Assembly (NCBI RefSeq): GCF_023055435.1
Contig: NW_025964376.1
Location: 1,240,001-1,304,000 of the forward strand
Source of the DNA: Haliotis rufescens
Taxonomy: Eukaryota
Length of the DNA stretch: 64,000 bases
Direction of reading: 5' to 3'
Numbering within the stretch: position 1 is the stretch's first letter; every line of letters starts with the position of its first letter. The position numbers were made by a program, and so were the translations under genes. The notes beneath the pieces are model-generated. The model was not told the origin of the DNA. It did no database searches and worked only from the letters and a program-made list of their open reading frames with translations. Shown here one piece after another: positions 1 to 12,569 of the stretch.

Positions 1-1330
1 TCCTTGATGCCCTGTCTGCCTCAAGATTCTGTACCCCTGGTATATGGGAAATAGTTAGCCAAATATCCCTATTCAAACACCATAACCAAATACTTTTCAC
101 CAGAAGGTTGCAGGTTTTAGACTTAGAACCCCCAATGTTCTGAAGGTAGGCTACTGCTGTAGTGAAGTCACACTTGACATGGATATGTTTACTCCTGAAC
201 TCTGATGTTAATGAAAAAGCTTGTAGTCCCAGATATACCGCTTGAATCTCTAGTGCATTAATGTGTAAATTCATCTCATCTGTGGACCAAGTTGCTCCAA
301 TACTCTGGCCTTCCAAATGGGCCCCCAACCAGATAGCATTTGTGTATATGACCATGTCTGGGTTTGCTGAAGGCTGAAAACTCTTTTCTGACCAGTGGGC
401 AGACTTACGTCACCATTGTACTTCTGCCTTAGCTGTTTCAGATAAACACATCATTGCATCGAAATTCCCTTGATTTTTTTGTTAGTGCCTCTGTTTTCTA
501 TTAGGTCAATCTGCCTGAAATACAGCTAGCCCAGTTTGACTGCGGTAAAAACTGAAATTGTCAATCCTAATAATTGTGCAATAGACCTAATTGACCATTG
601 TGGGCTTCCTAAATAGCTTTGCATTTTTTTCTTAAAAAAATTGCTTTTTCTTCCGGTAGTTTCACTGCCATATTTTCTGAATCAATGTGAAAACCGAGGA
701 AGGTTATACATGTTGAGGGACAAACAGTGGATTACTCCCAATTGATTGAAAACCCCAATGACTGAAAAGAACTTGTCATATAATTTACGGAATGAGAGCA
801 AGCTTCAGTGGTCTCTGCTTGAACGTACATGTCATCAATGTAGCCAAGGCAGAGGTGACCAAGACACCTAAAGTGGGAAAAAACAGGTTTAAGAGTTTGG
901 TGAAAATTCGAGTTATTTCCTAAACATAGGATCAACTTTGATCGAGTAATAGGCCCTGCTAAGGTCAATAGATGCCTTGAAGGCGTTTTGCTCAATCATG
1001 TGTAACACATTCTGAAGGTTTTCCATTTTGAAATGACGATATCTAACGAAAGTATTCAACTCTAGATTTCAAATTCAAAATCACTCGGAATTCCCCATTT
1101 TTCTTCTGTCTAAGAAAAATATTGGAGATAAAAGTGATCAACAGACTTGGCTGTCCTTTCAATTATTCCTTCAAACAATAATTCTTCTAATTCAGACTCA
1201 ATAAGTTTTCTTTCCTGCTTATTAAAAGGATTTTGTCTGGGTTCCTCAGGTTGCTGAGGTGGAGTTATAAAATCTATTTTCAGACCTTTTGTTGTTTCTA
1301 GAATAAATGGGTCATTAGTAAACTTTTGCC
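1..1330 (-). pseudogene. DIRS-type RT/RNase H, disrupted
   Basis: KPVFSHFRCLGHLCLGYIDD..LGFSINWE (732-995); PSTCITFLGFHIDS; HINALEIQAVYLGL..D.TTAVAYL..GGSKS..HIPGVQNLEADRASR (1-280). Stops and frameshifts present. Confidence 0.88.
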
Positions 1331-1504
1331 ATTCTGAAAAACGTGTTGAAGTACCACCTGTGATAGAAGTATTCTTGCAGGCATAAATGTTCGAAGGTGT
1401 ACTGACCTACCTGGTTCGATGCCTCCGTCTGGGCAGCCGACAATACTGCTTCCCCTCTCCTCTTTTTTCCGGACCCTTGTTTCCGGATGTCGAGCGACCT
1501 CGTC

Positions 1505-2565
1505 CTAAAAAGATTGTTGTTGTAGGAGGGTCTTCCACGCCCTGGGGCGGGAATTGTTAGGTCCATATCCCTGATGGCCAGTTCCATACGAATAGGGATG
1601 ATATCGGAATGAGTGACCACGTCCTCTGCCAACAGAGCGACCCAGTCGGCTTGCCATTGAGACATCTTTCATGCTCTTAGCCACGTCATCTCCAAAAAGA
1701 AACTCATGTGAAACAAGGGCACGGGGTGCGCACAAAGCTCTAAACTGTTCTTTCAACTGAGGCTTAATCTGTTCCTTCCGTCGGAAGATAATCTCCCTAT
1801 TACAATATGCATTCATTGTGATAGCTTCGCTCAAATTGGAGACGATCGCCGAAAATACCTTGCTGGGAACTGTGTCCTTTTTCTTCACGAAACCGTTTGT
1901 TTTCGTGATGATAAAGGCTGTCTTGATGGCACCTGACTTCGTTTCTGCTGGTAAGCTTTCCCACAGAAGTTTGTTTACATATGGGGTATTCAGAACCTGA
2001 CAGTTCGCCGGTTTCTATATGTTTTTCAGTTTTTGTCTCATGATAGCGTTCGTCATGTCTCGTCTCGAACAACTGCTGCAGAAGTTCGGCCTGTTTATCA
2101 TCGAGTGGCTCGCCGTCTGCTGATTGGGCGGCAGAATATCATGCACGACTTCCTGTGCATGTGCAGGCGCACCGGTTGCCGAAGCGCAACCGGAATCGGT
2201 GGCAATATCCACGTTAAAATGAGGAGGGCCCGGCGATTCCGTAAATCACGCTTGACTGGGTTGTATGGAATCGTCATCATAGTCAAATTCACAGTCCTCA
2301 TAATGTCCCCCTCTGGCTCATTAACACTGCCCATGTCGTCCATCTTTTCAGCAACTTTAGTGAGATATGCATTCATTTTCTGAATTTCGTTCAGTAATGC
2401 TGACGACATGTCAGACATTTCACTAGACGCATGGTCGTTAGTGAGTTTAGAGTTCGAAGATGGAGACTTCGTTGCCTTGTGTTTCCCTCTTTTGGAACTG
2501 GAAGTGCTAGGTGCAGTGAGACTGCTGTCGTCCGATTTCGGACTTTTCAAAGCTGCTTCAGCCAT
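1505..2565 (-). pseudogene. DIRS gag-like ORF1, broken
   Basis: Ser-rich N-terminus (within 2098-2643) and RRKEQIKPQL..LFGDDV plus an RG-rich tail (1505-1888), directly upstream of RT. Confidence 0.7.
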
Positions 2566-3259
2566 GTTGAATATCATGATCACACAATGTTGTATCACAC
2601 AACCCACGAAAGGTACGGCACGCATTATTATATACTGCTTCAATATTTCATTACTTAGGCCTGAAATTATTCAGCTGGACATAACACGTCTTGACTCAGA
2701 GACAAGCCGCCAAACACTGATTCGCGCATGCGCTTTGCTATCTCATGTGATCCGGAACATTACGGGATTGGCCGATAGAATCAGTGATGGCACTAAATGT
2801 TCGCGACAACTGCGCCACTGGTAGCACCCGCCACTCCCGCAATTTGCATAAAAAAAGTATGTGTTTGTTGCCTGACACCGAAAAGCGTCGGCGGCATGTT
2901 AAAAACACAGACAAAAAGTGATAGACAAGAAATCCAGTCACACGAAAGCGCATTTACTGATTCTGTTGAAACAAAAGACAATGTGTTTATTTTAAATTGC
3001 ATGTACATGTACGTCTGTTGTGTACAAGTGCATGGATTCTGCTGCTTATAAGTAACAACTGCATATCATGGGACACATACACATGTACGTACACATATCA
3101 ACCAACAAAGTGTTACATTTTAATTCTATCTTCCCTTGAGGACACAAAACTGTCACTCCCTGCATTAACGATACACCTCATGGTAATGTCTAAAGGTTTG
3201 TCATTCTTTTCATTTGTCATCTTCAACATACATTTCTCAATTGATGTAACTTGAGTTCA

Positions 3260-3597
3260 TGGCTAGAATGGCTGCAACTGTGTAGTTCTAGTTTCTAGGT
3301 TAGAAGGATCCCAATGTTTCTCTTATTCCTTTCTTGCCTTGTTTTTCTTCTTTGCTTTGCTTGCTATATATATAATATAGTACTAATTAGATAAGTGGAG
3401 TAAGATTGAACACAGTTTTAACTGGCTAGCGCTTTCAACTCGTACCACGTACGAGTCTCATCAGGCCAGAGTTGAAAGCGCCAGCCGATTAAAACTGTGT
3501 TCTTACTCCACAAATATACAATAGGTTGCGATGAAAGATACACATATATCTTTGGACTCAGTTCGTCAATTTCTTTTTGAAAAACTATGTTTTTGAA
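3260..3597 (-). mobile_element. Penelope-like element pseudo-LTR remnant with inverted partial copy
   Basis: Contains a minimal hammerhead motif and an inverted repeat (3395-3441 vs 3469-3511). Occupies the place of the missing GPCR coding body. Confidence 0.6.
3422..3469 (-). ncRNA. Minimal type I hammerhead ribozyme (Penelope-type)
   Basis: CUGGC-CUGAUGA-GACUCGUAC-GUG-GUACGAGUU-GAAA-GCGC-UA-GCCAG: 5-bp stem I, full core, 9-bp stem II, palindromic stem III. Confidence 0.85.
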
Positions 3598-3770
3598 CTT
3601 GTCAACTACAGCCGAAAGGGTAATATAAACAGTAAGGGGTGTGGCTCGGCACCTTTTTTTACAACGGTGACAATAGTTGCATAATTTCAAACAGCTGGTA
3701 TCAACAGAAAAGTGATTCATAAATTCATGCTTATTTTATATAAGAATCAGACAACGGATTCTTCTTACAG
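3598..3770 (-). pseudogene. Truncated paralog of the 37636-38715 GPCR (5' end, TM1-TM2 remnant)
   Basis: Reverse complement gaaattatgcaactattgtcaccgttgtaaaaaaaggtgcc..ccttactgtttatattaccctttcggctgtagttgac matches 37772-37858; LTVYITLSAVVD vs LTVYITILAVVD; frameshifted. Confidence 0.9.
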
Positions 3771-5749
3771 CAGAGATTTCCGATGACTATAGAAATGATG
3801 AAGGGTTTGTTGCCATCAACGTTGTCAAATTCATAATTATGATCAGGTAACAGCTTTGCTGTTTCACTTCAAATTTCGTTTACCAATTTATGTGGCACAT
3901 TTATAATATTTACCAGAAAATAATATCAGGCAGGCACTTTTTTATCGCAGAAAAACTTTATTAGGTCCATTATCCAATGCATAGTAATTCATTTGGTGGG
4001 TTATTATGTAGAATGACATTCAAAACGGAAAAGTGCAGCGCATGGATTCCCTGTTCAACCAACATACAAGTGATGAAAGTGCTGTCAACGGATCATTTTC
4101 TACTGTCACCACCCTCCAATCAAACTGTTTTTTATAACACTTCCATGAATTAACATTAAATAAGTATAGTTAACGTTTCGATTGTTTATAATGAATAACT
4201 GAATCTCAAAGGAAATATTCGTGGTCGTATGTGTATACTCTGAGGCAATATGAAGTGGTCTCTACACATTCAGGTTCATGATGAGCACCATGGATGTGAC
4301 AAAGTGGGTAATATAACGGCTACAACCTGTAGCTGTGTCATGTCATGGACTTTCTTACCACACAAAGCTGACAAGTGGTGGAATGATTGAAATAAGCACG
4401 ATATAAAGTTAAACACCAAATATATCATTCAGCGAACTGATATTCTCCTCTAGTTTGATGATTGAGTAACTGTACATTCAGATACTTCAGCACAACTCAC
4501 ATCTTCCATTATCGATTGTAACGCATGCGACGTCATGATATGACAATAATTTTCTGGAACAGAAATATATCGGTTACGAATATGAATCCATGACAGTTTG
4601 TACTGAACAGAAGCTCAATAAGCCCGTTATCCTTATGATAAATTTGACAACCACAAATCCATTTGGATCCGTACTTCTGCCCTATATGGGGTATGCATTA
4701 TGCATACAGACATCGCCACATGATGTGTGACCAGTACACTCAAAGTATTGACTTGTAAACTATCTGGTAGGACAGCTTTAGTAAGATTTAGAAACCGACC
4801 AAATGATATTCTGGGGGTGGGGTGAATTGTGGGGTGTGGGCAGGGATTTTATCCAAAACAAAATTGTCCAGACAATTCTTGAAATTAAATCAATTATCTA
4901 ATATGCTTCGGAGTGTTGAGAGAAAAGACATTGCCTGCAACAAAAAATACATTTGCGCAATGTTTTTCTTCTACAAAAGAAATCAAGGCTCAAAGTTTTG
5001 AAGAACAATATATATCTGGTTTGGAAGCTGTTCCTAGAAAAATCTATTCTCGATACAAAATCCCAGATATTGAAGGTCATAATCGTCCAGAAGCCAAAAT
5101 AGTGATTTAACGAACAACGGACGAAGGGACCTACTGAATTTAACTGAACTTTATACAATCAGGACGCATTCACTGTACACTATATACAATAGTACATCTG
5201 GTAGTCAACATGGTATACAAGTAATATATGCACAGTTGACATCACCATGATTTAAACTTAAACATGATTATTTTACAACATTTGAACAGTTTTCTCACTG
5301 CGGACACGGCGCCAAAGTATATCACTGCTGGTTCATCATATTAGAATATATATAACTGAAACAAGTGTAATAATGAACGTCTTCTCAAGAAGTCAATCAT
5401 GTAAAGATGGTTCAGTGTGGTCATATTAACTATCCATAATGGAATCTTTTGGGAATAGTAGAAGTTTAAAGATGCTGGTCACATATTAATCAAAGGCACA
5501 TACAGATCACTTGCATCATTCCCCAATTATTAACCGTCTTCAGAGACAGAAAACAGATATGCGTGTCTGGATGCTTCGCTCACTCGTAGAGGACATATTA
5601 GAAGCCTCGATGCTGATTAGAAAGTTCACATGACGCTACCTCCTATGGCAGTAATACACTCTTCAAAACAAAGAAACCCACTGGCAGTATGTAGTTCAAT
5701 GAACCTGACTACGCCATCAATCAGGTATATAAATTGGATGTATGTAATT

Positions 5750-5990
5750 GGATAAAACGCCGCCATTGTCGATTTGCAATGTCTTAAACGCCATTGTTTT
5801 CATATTTGTTAAAAAATGCAATGGACGAAAACAGTAAAGCAAAATGCACGTGCAAGTTATGGCATTCGTAACTCGTATCCAGTCAGTGCCGAAGAGATCC
5901 AGAGCCGTGATTGCTGCCCGGGGTGGTCACACGAGATACTGAGTTAAGCGCAACCTTGTGGCCTTATGTGACATGACAATGAACAGTTTT
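5750..5990 (+). mobile_element. Internally deleted Tc1-like remnant
   Basis: gccgtgattgctgcccggggtggtcacacgagatactga encodes the Tc1 C-terminus AVIAARGGHTRY*. Confidence 0.6.
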
Positions 5991-6797
5991 CAATGCCTTT
6001 GTACAACGAGAACATGTGACTTTCGTGCTCCAAAATGTCATATTTGTATCTATGATATTAAGTTAAATGTATCGACTGCATTAGACTTTATTATCTACCT
6101 GTGCGTTTCTTATTGTGAAGAGTGTATAGTTTCCGTTCGATCAGAAATAGACATTATTACAATATATACCCTTGTCTAACCGCTCATTGAACGTTTTACA
6201 GCACCAAATGTTACCATTTTCAGGTGTTGTTCCTAATGTAAGTATGTCATTATAATGTGAGTGATTGATTTATATGTATGGTTTCGCTCATTAATAATCA
6301 AACATCAAATGTGTTTCCTTAAGCGTATACTATCATATTACAAGTGAAATGTGCTGGATGAATATGATTTGACAAACGAATGGAATATTGGGTGAGTTGG
6401 TTAGTTTGACAGTATTACAATTATATATACATATAGCCGTATCAAATTCACGTTGGAGGAAAGCAAAAGTAGTGAAGACCAAAGGTTTAACATTTCTGTG
6501 TAACCAAAGAGAGTAGCCAGTGAGGTCTTGTACTAAAAATGGAGCCATACATATTTTGTATTCAAACCCTATTAGCAGATCCTGTCACGTCGAGGGAATC
6601 ACATCTGCATTCCGGGGCCTTAGACGAGAGAACAGTTATCAAAATATGAAAACTTCACAAAAGAGGAAATTGCCTTCTTGTTAATCTATGTCCTTAGTCC
6701 GTAACAGTTTTATACATATATACTCTAATTGATATTGAGTAACGGAGACATTTAACATAATCAACTTTACAAGTAAGTTAGAGATTTTCATTGCTCT

Positions 6798-6896
6798 AAG
6801 CAATATTCATGAAATGGGCTTCCGACTAGGGCCTTCACAAATTGTACCTGAACATTCAAACCCGGGTCTTCGGTGGGTCGTAACTAGGCTTCCCAA
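6798..6896 (-). mobile_element. Degenerate SINE fragment (13332 family) abutting minisatellite 1
   Basis: agcaatattca..ttcacaaattgtacc..aacccgggtcttcgg..actaggct resembles 13365-13490; absent from the paralogous site near 30050. Confidence 0.55.
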
Positions 6897-8813
6897 CTAC
6901 TGTACAGCTCATCGCCGTCCTACTGTACAGCTCATCGCCGTCCTACTGTACAGCTCATCGCCGTCCTGTACAGTTCCTCACCGCCCTACTGTACAGCTCA
7001 TCGCCGTCCTACTTTACAGCTCATCGCCGCCCTACTGTACAGCTCATCGCCGCCATACTGTACAGCTCATCGCCGTCCTACTGTACAGCTCATCGCCGTC
7101 CTACTGTACAGCTCATCGCCGTCCTACTGTACAGCTCATCGCCGTCCTGTACAGTTCCTCACCGCCCTACTGTACAGCTCATCGCCGTCCTACTGTACAG
7201 CTCATCGCCGTCCTACTGTACAGCTCATCGCCGTCCTGTACAGTTCCTCACCGCCCTACTGTACAGCTCATCGCCGTCCTACTGTACAGCTCATCGCCGT
7301 CCTGCTGTACAGCTCATCGCCGTCCTACTGTACAGCTCATCGCCGTCCTGTACAGTTCCTCACCACCCTACTGTACAGCTCATCGCCGTCCTACTGTACA
7401 GCTCATCGCCGTCCTGCTGTACATCTCATCGCTGTCCTACTGTACAGCTCATCGCCGTCCTACTGTACAGCTCATCGCCGCCCTACTGTGCAGCTCATCG
7501 CCGTCCTGTACAGTACCTCACCACCCTACTGTACAGCTCATCGCCGTCCTACTGTACAGCACATCGCCGTCCTACTGTACAGCTCATCGCCGTCCTTCTG
7601 TACATCTCATCGCCGTCCTACTGTACAGCTCATCGCCGTCCTACAGTACAGCTCATCGCCGTCCTACTGTACATCTCATCGCCGTCCTACTGTACAGCTC
7701 ATCGCCGTCCTGTACAGTACCTCACCACCCTACTGTACAGCTCATCGCCGTCCTGTACAGTTCCTCACCGCCCTACTGTACAGCTCATCGCCGTCCTGTA
7801 CAGTTCCTCACCGCCCTACTGTACAGCTCATCGCCATCCTGTACAGTTCCTCACCGCCCTACTGTACAGCTCATAGCCGTCCTGTACAGTTCCTCGTCGC
7901 CCTACTGTACAGCTCATCGCCGTCCTGTACAGTTCCTCACCGCCCTACTGTACAGCTCATCGCCGTCCTGTACAGTTCCTCACCACCCTACTGTACAGCT
8001 CATCGCCGTCCTGTAAGTTCATCATCGCCCTACTGTACAGCTCATCGCCGTCCTGTACAGTTCATCATCGCCCTACTGTACAGCTCATCACCGTCCTGTA
8101 CAGTTCCTCACCGCCCTACTGTACAGCTCATCGCCGTCCTGTACAGTTCCTCACCGCCCTACTGTACAGCTCATCGCCGTCCTGTACAGTTCATCGCCGT
8201 CCTGTACAGTTCATCGCCGTCCTGTACAGTTCCTCACCGCCCTACTGTACAGCTCATCGCCGTCCTGTACAGTTCCTCACCGCCATACTGTACAGCTCAT
8301 CGCCATCATGTACAGTTCCACACCGTCCTACAGTACAGCCCATCGCCGTCCTGTACAGTTCCTCACCGCCCTACTGTACAACTCATCGCCGTCCTGTACA
8401 GTTCCTCACCGCCCTACTGTACAGCTCATCGCCGTCCTGTACAGTTCATCGCCGTCCTGTACAGTTCATCGCCGTCCTGTACAGTTCCTCACCGCCGTCC
8501 TGTACAGTTCATCGCCGTCCTGTACAGTTCATCGCCGTCCTGTACAGTTCATCGCCGTCCTGTACAGTTCCTCACCGCCCTACTGTACAGCTCATCGCCG
8601 TCATGTACAGTTCCTCACCGCCCTACAGTACAGCTCATCGCCATCCTGTACAGTTCCTCGCTAGCCTACTGTACAGCTCATCGCCATCATGTTACAGTTC
8701 CTAACCACCCTTCTGTACAGCTCATCGCCATCATGTACAGTTCTTACCACCCTACTGTACAGCTCATCGCCATCATGTACAGTTCCACACCGTCCTTCAG
8801 TACAGTTCCCCAC
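6897..8813. repeat. Minisatellite 1, 23/20-bp units (TACTGTACAGCTCATCGCCGTCC / TGTACAGTTCCTCACCGCCC)
   Basis: About 1.9 kb of tandem units; a 43-bp dimer becomes dominant in the right half. Confidence 0.98.
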
Positions 8814-10183
8814 AGTCCTGTAAATCTTATGTGTTTTTTACGGCAGTAATTCAAAAACCGATTTGAACCCTTTTCATAATGATCATGCCACTTTTTTTCT
8901 TTGAAGCGTTGTATATTTGAAGCAGAAGATAAAAGTCGTGACCTTTTAAAACAGACAGTTTTGGGTAATAACAATGTTCGGTTTCGAGTTTCATTGAATC
9001 GCCACGACTCGTATTGCAGCTTTGTATTAATCGTCAGACAAAGTTATGCATCGTAAACAAACTTCATTATTGGAAAATCGTTAATCTGAAGAATAGCATT
9101 CACCTTCTAATCAAAACAGTAAATCCCCGTAATGGGGACAAACTCTGTCCGAAAGCCGTGACTGACACAAACAAAATTGAAATCATTATAGAAATGGAAA
9201 TGTCTACACAGTGCTCTTACAAAGAACATTCACATATATACATTCGTGGCTCAATGTCATATGAATTACGACACCACGATGTCTTACGTGGGTGAGAGAG
9301 AATCTGCTCTACCGGTGCCATCCGGCGTGTGTAGTAGATGGTCACTAGGTGGGGAACATAAACAAGTGTGAAGGAGTTGTCCCCTTTTGGCCATGACCAA
9401 ATAGGAACTTGACAATGAAGGGATGCAAATACTGCATGCACCGATGTGAGTGATGCGTAAACGAGGTGCAGTTCGTACTTGACTTGAAGCCTCAGCACAA
9501 AGATGACTGAAAGGGCAATGTCACAGACTTGACACATCTTTGAATTCGGATTACGTGAGTCCTGTGATGTTGTGCCTTGATTGAATACGCATCGTTCGTG
9601 TGTTGACATTAGTAGCTAATGATCTGAACCTGAAAAACCTTATCCTAAATATTTACCATGAGAAATAACGGCTTTTTGTCCTTTTTTAGAGATAATTACC
9701 TCACATACCGACTTTCTACGAAAACTGAAATCCAATACCCTCGTCAAATTCTTACACAATGAGCTAATAATACCCTTGCATGAATACATTTAAACACATG
9801 TATGGCAGCAGCACATTGTTTTCTCAAAAAGGGTGATTAAGCAAAATTATGCATTCTCTTGGAGGCTTCCGTGGGTCAGTTATTTAGAACACGCCGCCAT
9901 CAGACAGGCTACTTGGCACAACAAGACTTGCATGCAGGAGATTTCAATCCATCACACATCCCTTTATAATCAGTGGAGACTATCAGAGTTGCAGAGAACG
10001 TGATAGCACATACAGTTACAGTATGAGGTACAAGATTATAAACAGAGCTTGCCAGTGTATAATTAATTATTACAAGTATTATTTGTTTTTGTTCAATATG
10101 TTATGTTATGTAAAGATAAAGCTTACACAATTTACACATTTGACCTTCATTTCTTGACATAATTGACCTTCATGTCTATCTTC

Positions 10184-10184
<1 letters not shown>

Positions 10185-10235
<51 letters not shown>

Positions 10236-10247
10236 CTCTATCTATCT
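10185..10247. repeat. (CTAT)n microsatellite
   Basis: Direct read. Confidence 0.97.
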
Positions 10248-10929
10248 GTTTTTGATGATGTACATTAATTGAGGATGAAACGTAGATTTCCCCACTAGCA
10301 CTCAAATATACAACTACCATTTGTACACACATATAGCACAATTAACAACTTAATGTCATTGTTATTCATCTGAATAGAATTGTGCTATTTTTTGCTTTGG
10401 CTTTTTGCTATTTTTCCCGAATTGTTTTGTTCGAATTTAAGAAAAAAGGATTGCGTACTTAAAGCGGCTACTGTCTATGTATGTTTAAGAATATGTTGAG
10501 TGATGTTGACAGATATATCTACCAAGAAGGAGAGAGCCGATAAGAAAACAAGCTCATTTACACTCGTGGACTACTAACCATCAATCATCGGAACCACCTT
10601 TAAGTCGTGTTATTTTCTGGGCTTGATTGTATAAAGCATTTGTGTGAATAGTGAATATATTCTATCGGAATAAAAATAAATTTCTTCTGAAATTAAAAGA
10701 TGCATCTTTCAATACATATGCATGCAGACATTTCCTCGACCTTTAGGTCATGATTCAAAATTTCCACCTGCATGTTCAAACACGGACAACAATTTTGATG
10801 TGTGCGTGTATTTGTTGGGAGCATGATACTCACAAACGTGTATTTTTTAAATGTGAACACCACACAGTGATTGTTCAACCACCAGGTGCTCATGAAAACA
10901 CTTTTGATTAACCGCAAATATCCCTCACG

Positions 10930-11270
10930 CCACGACCTGCTGAAAACCAACGTCTACGTGCCGTGGGTATACTGCAAACGCAATGTTGCCAGACATTGTT
11001 TAAGTTCACTGAAACACAATGTCATCTCTTTGTGGACAGCAGGACAACAATAATTGCCACGGGAGAACACAACTCATCATTGTCAATGCTGATTTGATTC
11101 CGTACGCGACCCGGACGACGTCGTTCGAGATCATGACCTGCCCTTAGTGCAGGGACGCACCGTTACGTCATGCAGGAACATTACCGCCCACGTGTTGTGA
11201 GGCAGCATAACATGGCTGTACTGCCTTGGACGGCTGTTTCTCCAGACCCTTCTCCCATGGTGCTGGAATG
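10930..11270 (+). mobile_element. Highly degenerate Tc1 transposase remnant
   Basis: QRNVARH, SGRPR-like and QEHYRPRVVRQHNMAVLPWTAVSPDPSP fragments resembling QDNARPH..WPA.SPDL.P. Confidence 0.55.
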
Positions 11271-11830
11271 TTGTCGAAAAAAGCAATTGTCAGAAAAAAT
11301 ATTGAAAAAAAAAATTTTTCAGACTGTTGAAAACAATAAATTTGCATGCCACCAAAAAATAACATTGTCGCAAGATTTGTTACAAAAATATCCAGCCTTC
11401 TTACAAAATTTCAGCCGCGCCACACGACCGAATGTCAAATGGTCGGTCCCAAATACGGCATTTTAATAATTAAGGAATATCAAATGTTCATAGTTTACAG
11501 TAAACTGCATCCGGGAGCGTGCTATTGGATATTACACTGCATATGAATATTTGTATATTTTCGCAATCACATATTTGCAAAATGTAACATGCGACTTATT
11601 TCATTTGAGCAATATTAAGATTCTGAAAAACACATACTGTTAACCTTCTAAGAGTGCGAGCAACGAAAACTGAATACCTTATAAGATAAAAACGTGTGAC
11701 GTCAGAAGAAGCTATTCTCATACATAAACGATACGTTGACTACCATGCCCGCTACTATCATACGTGGGTGCATTATTTGGATGACTGAATGACAACTTAC
11801 ATTTGATGATGGTGGATGTCATGCAGAGTA

Positions 11831-12037
11831 GGGGCGCAGGTGGCCCAGCAGAGTTGTGTCCTCGTAGCACGCCTGAAACCAATGGTAGTGGGTTCGAGTC
11901 CCAGGTCACCCGATTATGTATTTAGGTTTGGCAGCACTATACCAATCCTCGCGCGTATCCCCAAAGTAATCGTCTGAGACCTGCTTCACTTCGGGCTTTT
12001 CTCCAACATCTGATATAACCGGAATACTCACTCCTCA
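11831..12037 (+). mobile_element. tRNA-headed SINE, family A, degenerate
   Basis: ggtggcccag, B box gggttcgagtccc, body shared with 20447-20727. Confidence 0.75.
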
Positions 12038-12569
12038 GTATGTCAGAGTAAGGGAACATAAACTTTAGACCTATCATTTTAGGTCAAGTGCACAGTCAGT
12101 GTTTTCTATTATATGTGTTGCAAATGATACTCAAAGCTTGAGGGTAAACTGTTAAATTGCAAAAACTATGTAAACATCTATATCTATATTTGGATAATAA
12201 AACGAATAATGAACTTTGTGGATCGTTAGGTCAATTTGACACAAGGATTTAGTCACGGAAATTGCGGTGAAAGCAGTTCCTTGACAAATACAGGGACTTC
12301 ACACTGAGTGGGTGTGAAATATTAATAATGTAATAATGCATGATTGCTAAAACTAGGACATGGTCTCGAGTTGGGGTAATTGTTAAAATGCACACATTGA
12401 TAACGGAATATATAAAAATCATGCCTGAAGCATTTTGCTAAAAAATCTGTTGTTTTTTCTAATGTTTAAGGGTAATACAATGGTTTGGCCTTACAAATGA
12501 CCAGGCGTGAAACTGTTCACAGAAAGTAAAGATAGTACTGCCCCTCATTACCAATAACTTGTTTTGTAT

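Larger units (their letters stand above)
1..2760 (-). mobile_element. DIRS/Ngaro-type retrotransposon, degenerate, runs off the left edge
   Basis: Minus-strand order gag-like ORF1, RT, DIRS-type RNase H. Tyrosine recombinase not in window. Right boundary approximate. Confidence 0.85.
2770..10180 (-). repeat. Left arm of an old inverted segmental duplication (partner about 27810-39600)
   Basis: Collinear reverse-complement blocks: 2790-2880/39474-39590, 3598-3770/37610-37860, 5130-5650/32070-32610, 6180-6400/30440-30670, 6535-6790/30050-30290, 8800-9010/29810-30040, 9350-9990/27880-28505, 9990-10045/27838-27870. Confidence 0.9.

Noticed and set aside
4785-5110. Possible MITE ends (accgaccaaatga near 4793; tcaaatggtcggtccc near 11435)
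   Set aside because: Too degenerate to pair or to define a TSD.
6814-8849. 400-aa and 453-aa ORFs
   Set aside because: Translations of minisatellite 1; the unit has no plus-strand stop in any frame, so the same three peptides cycle in all frames.
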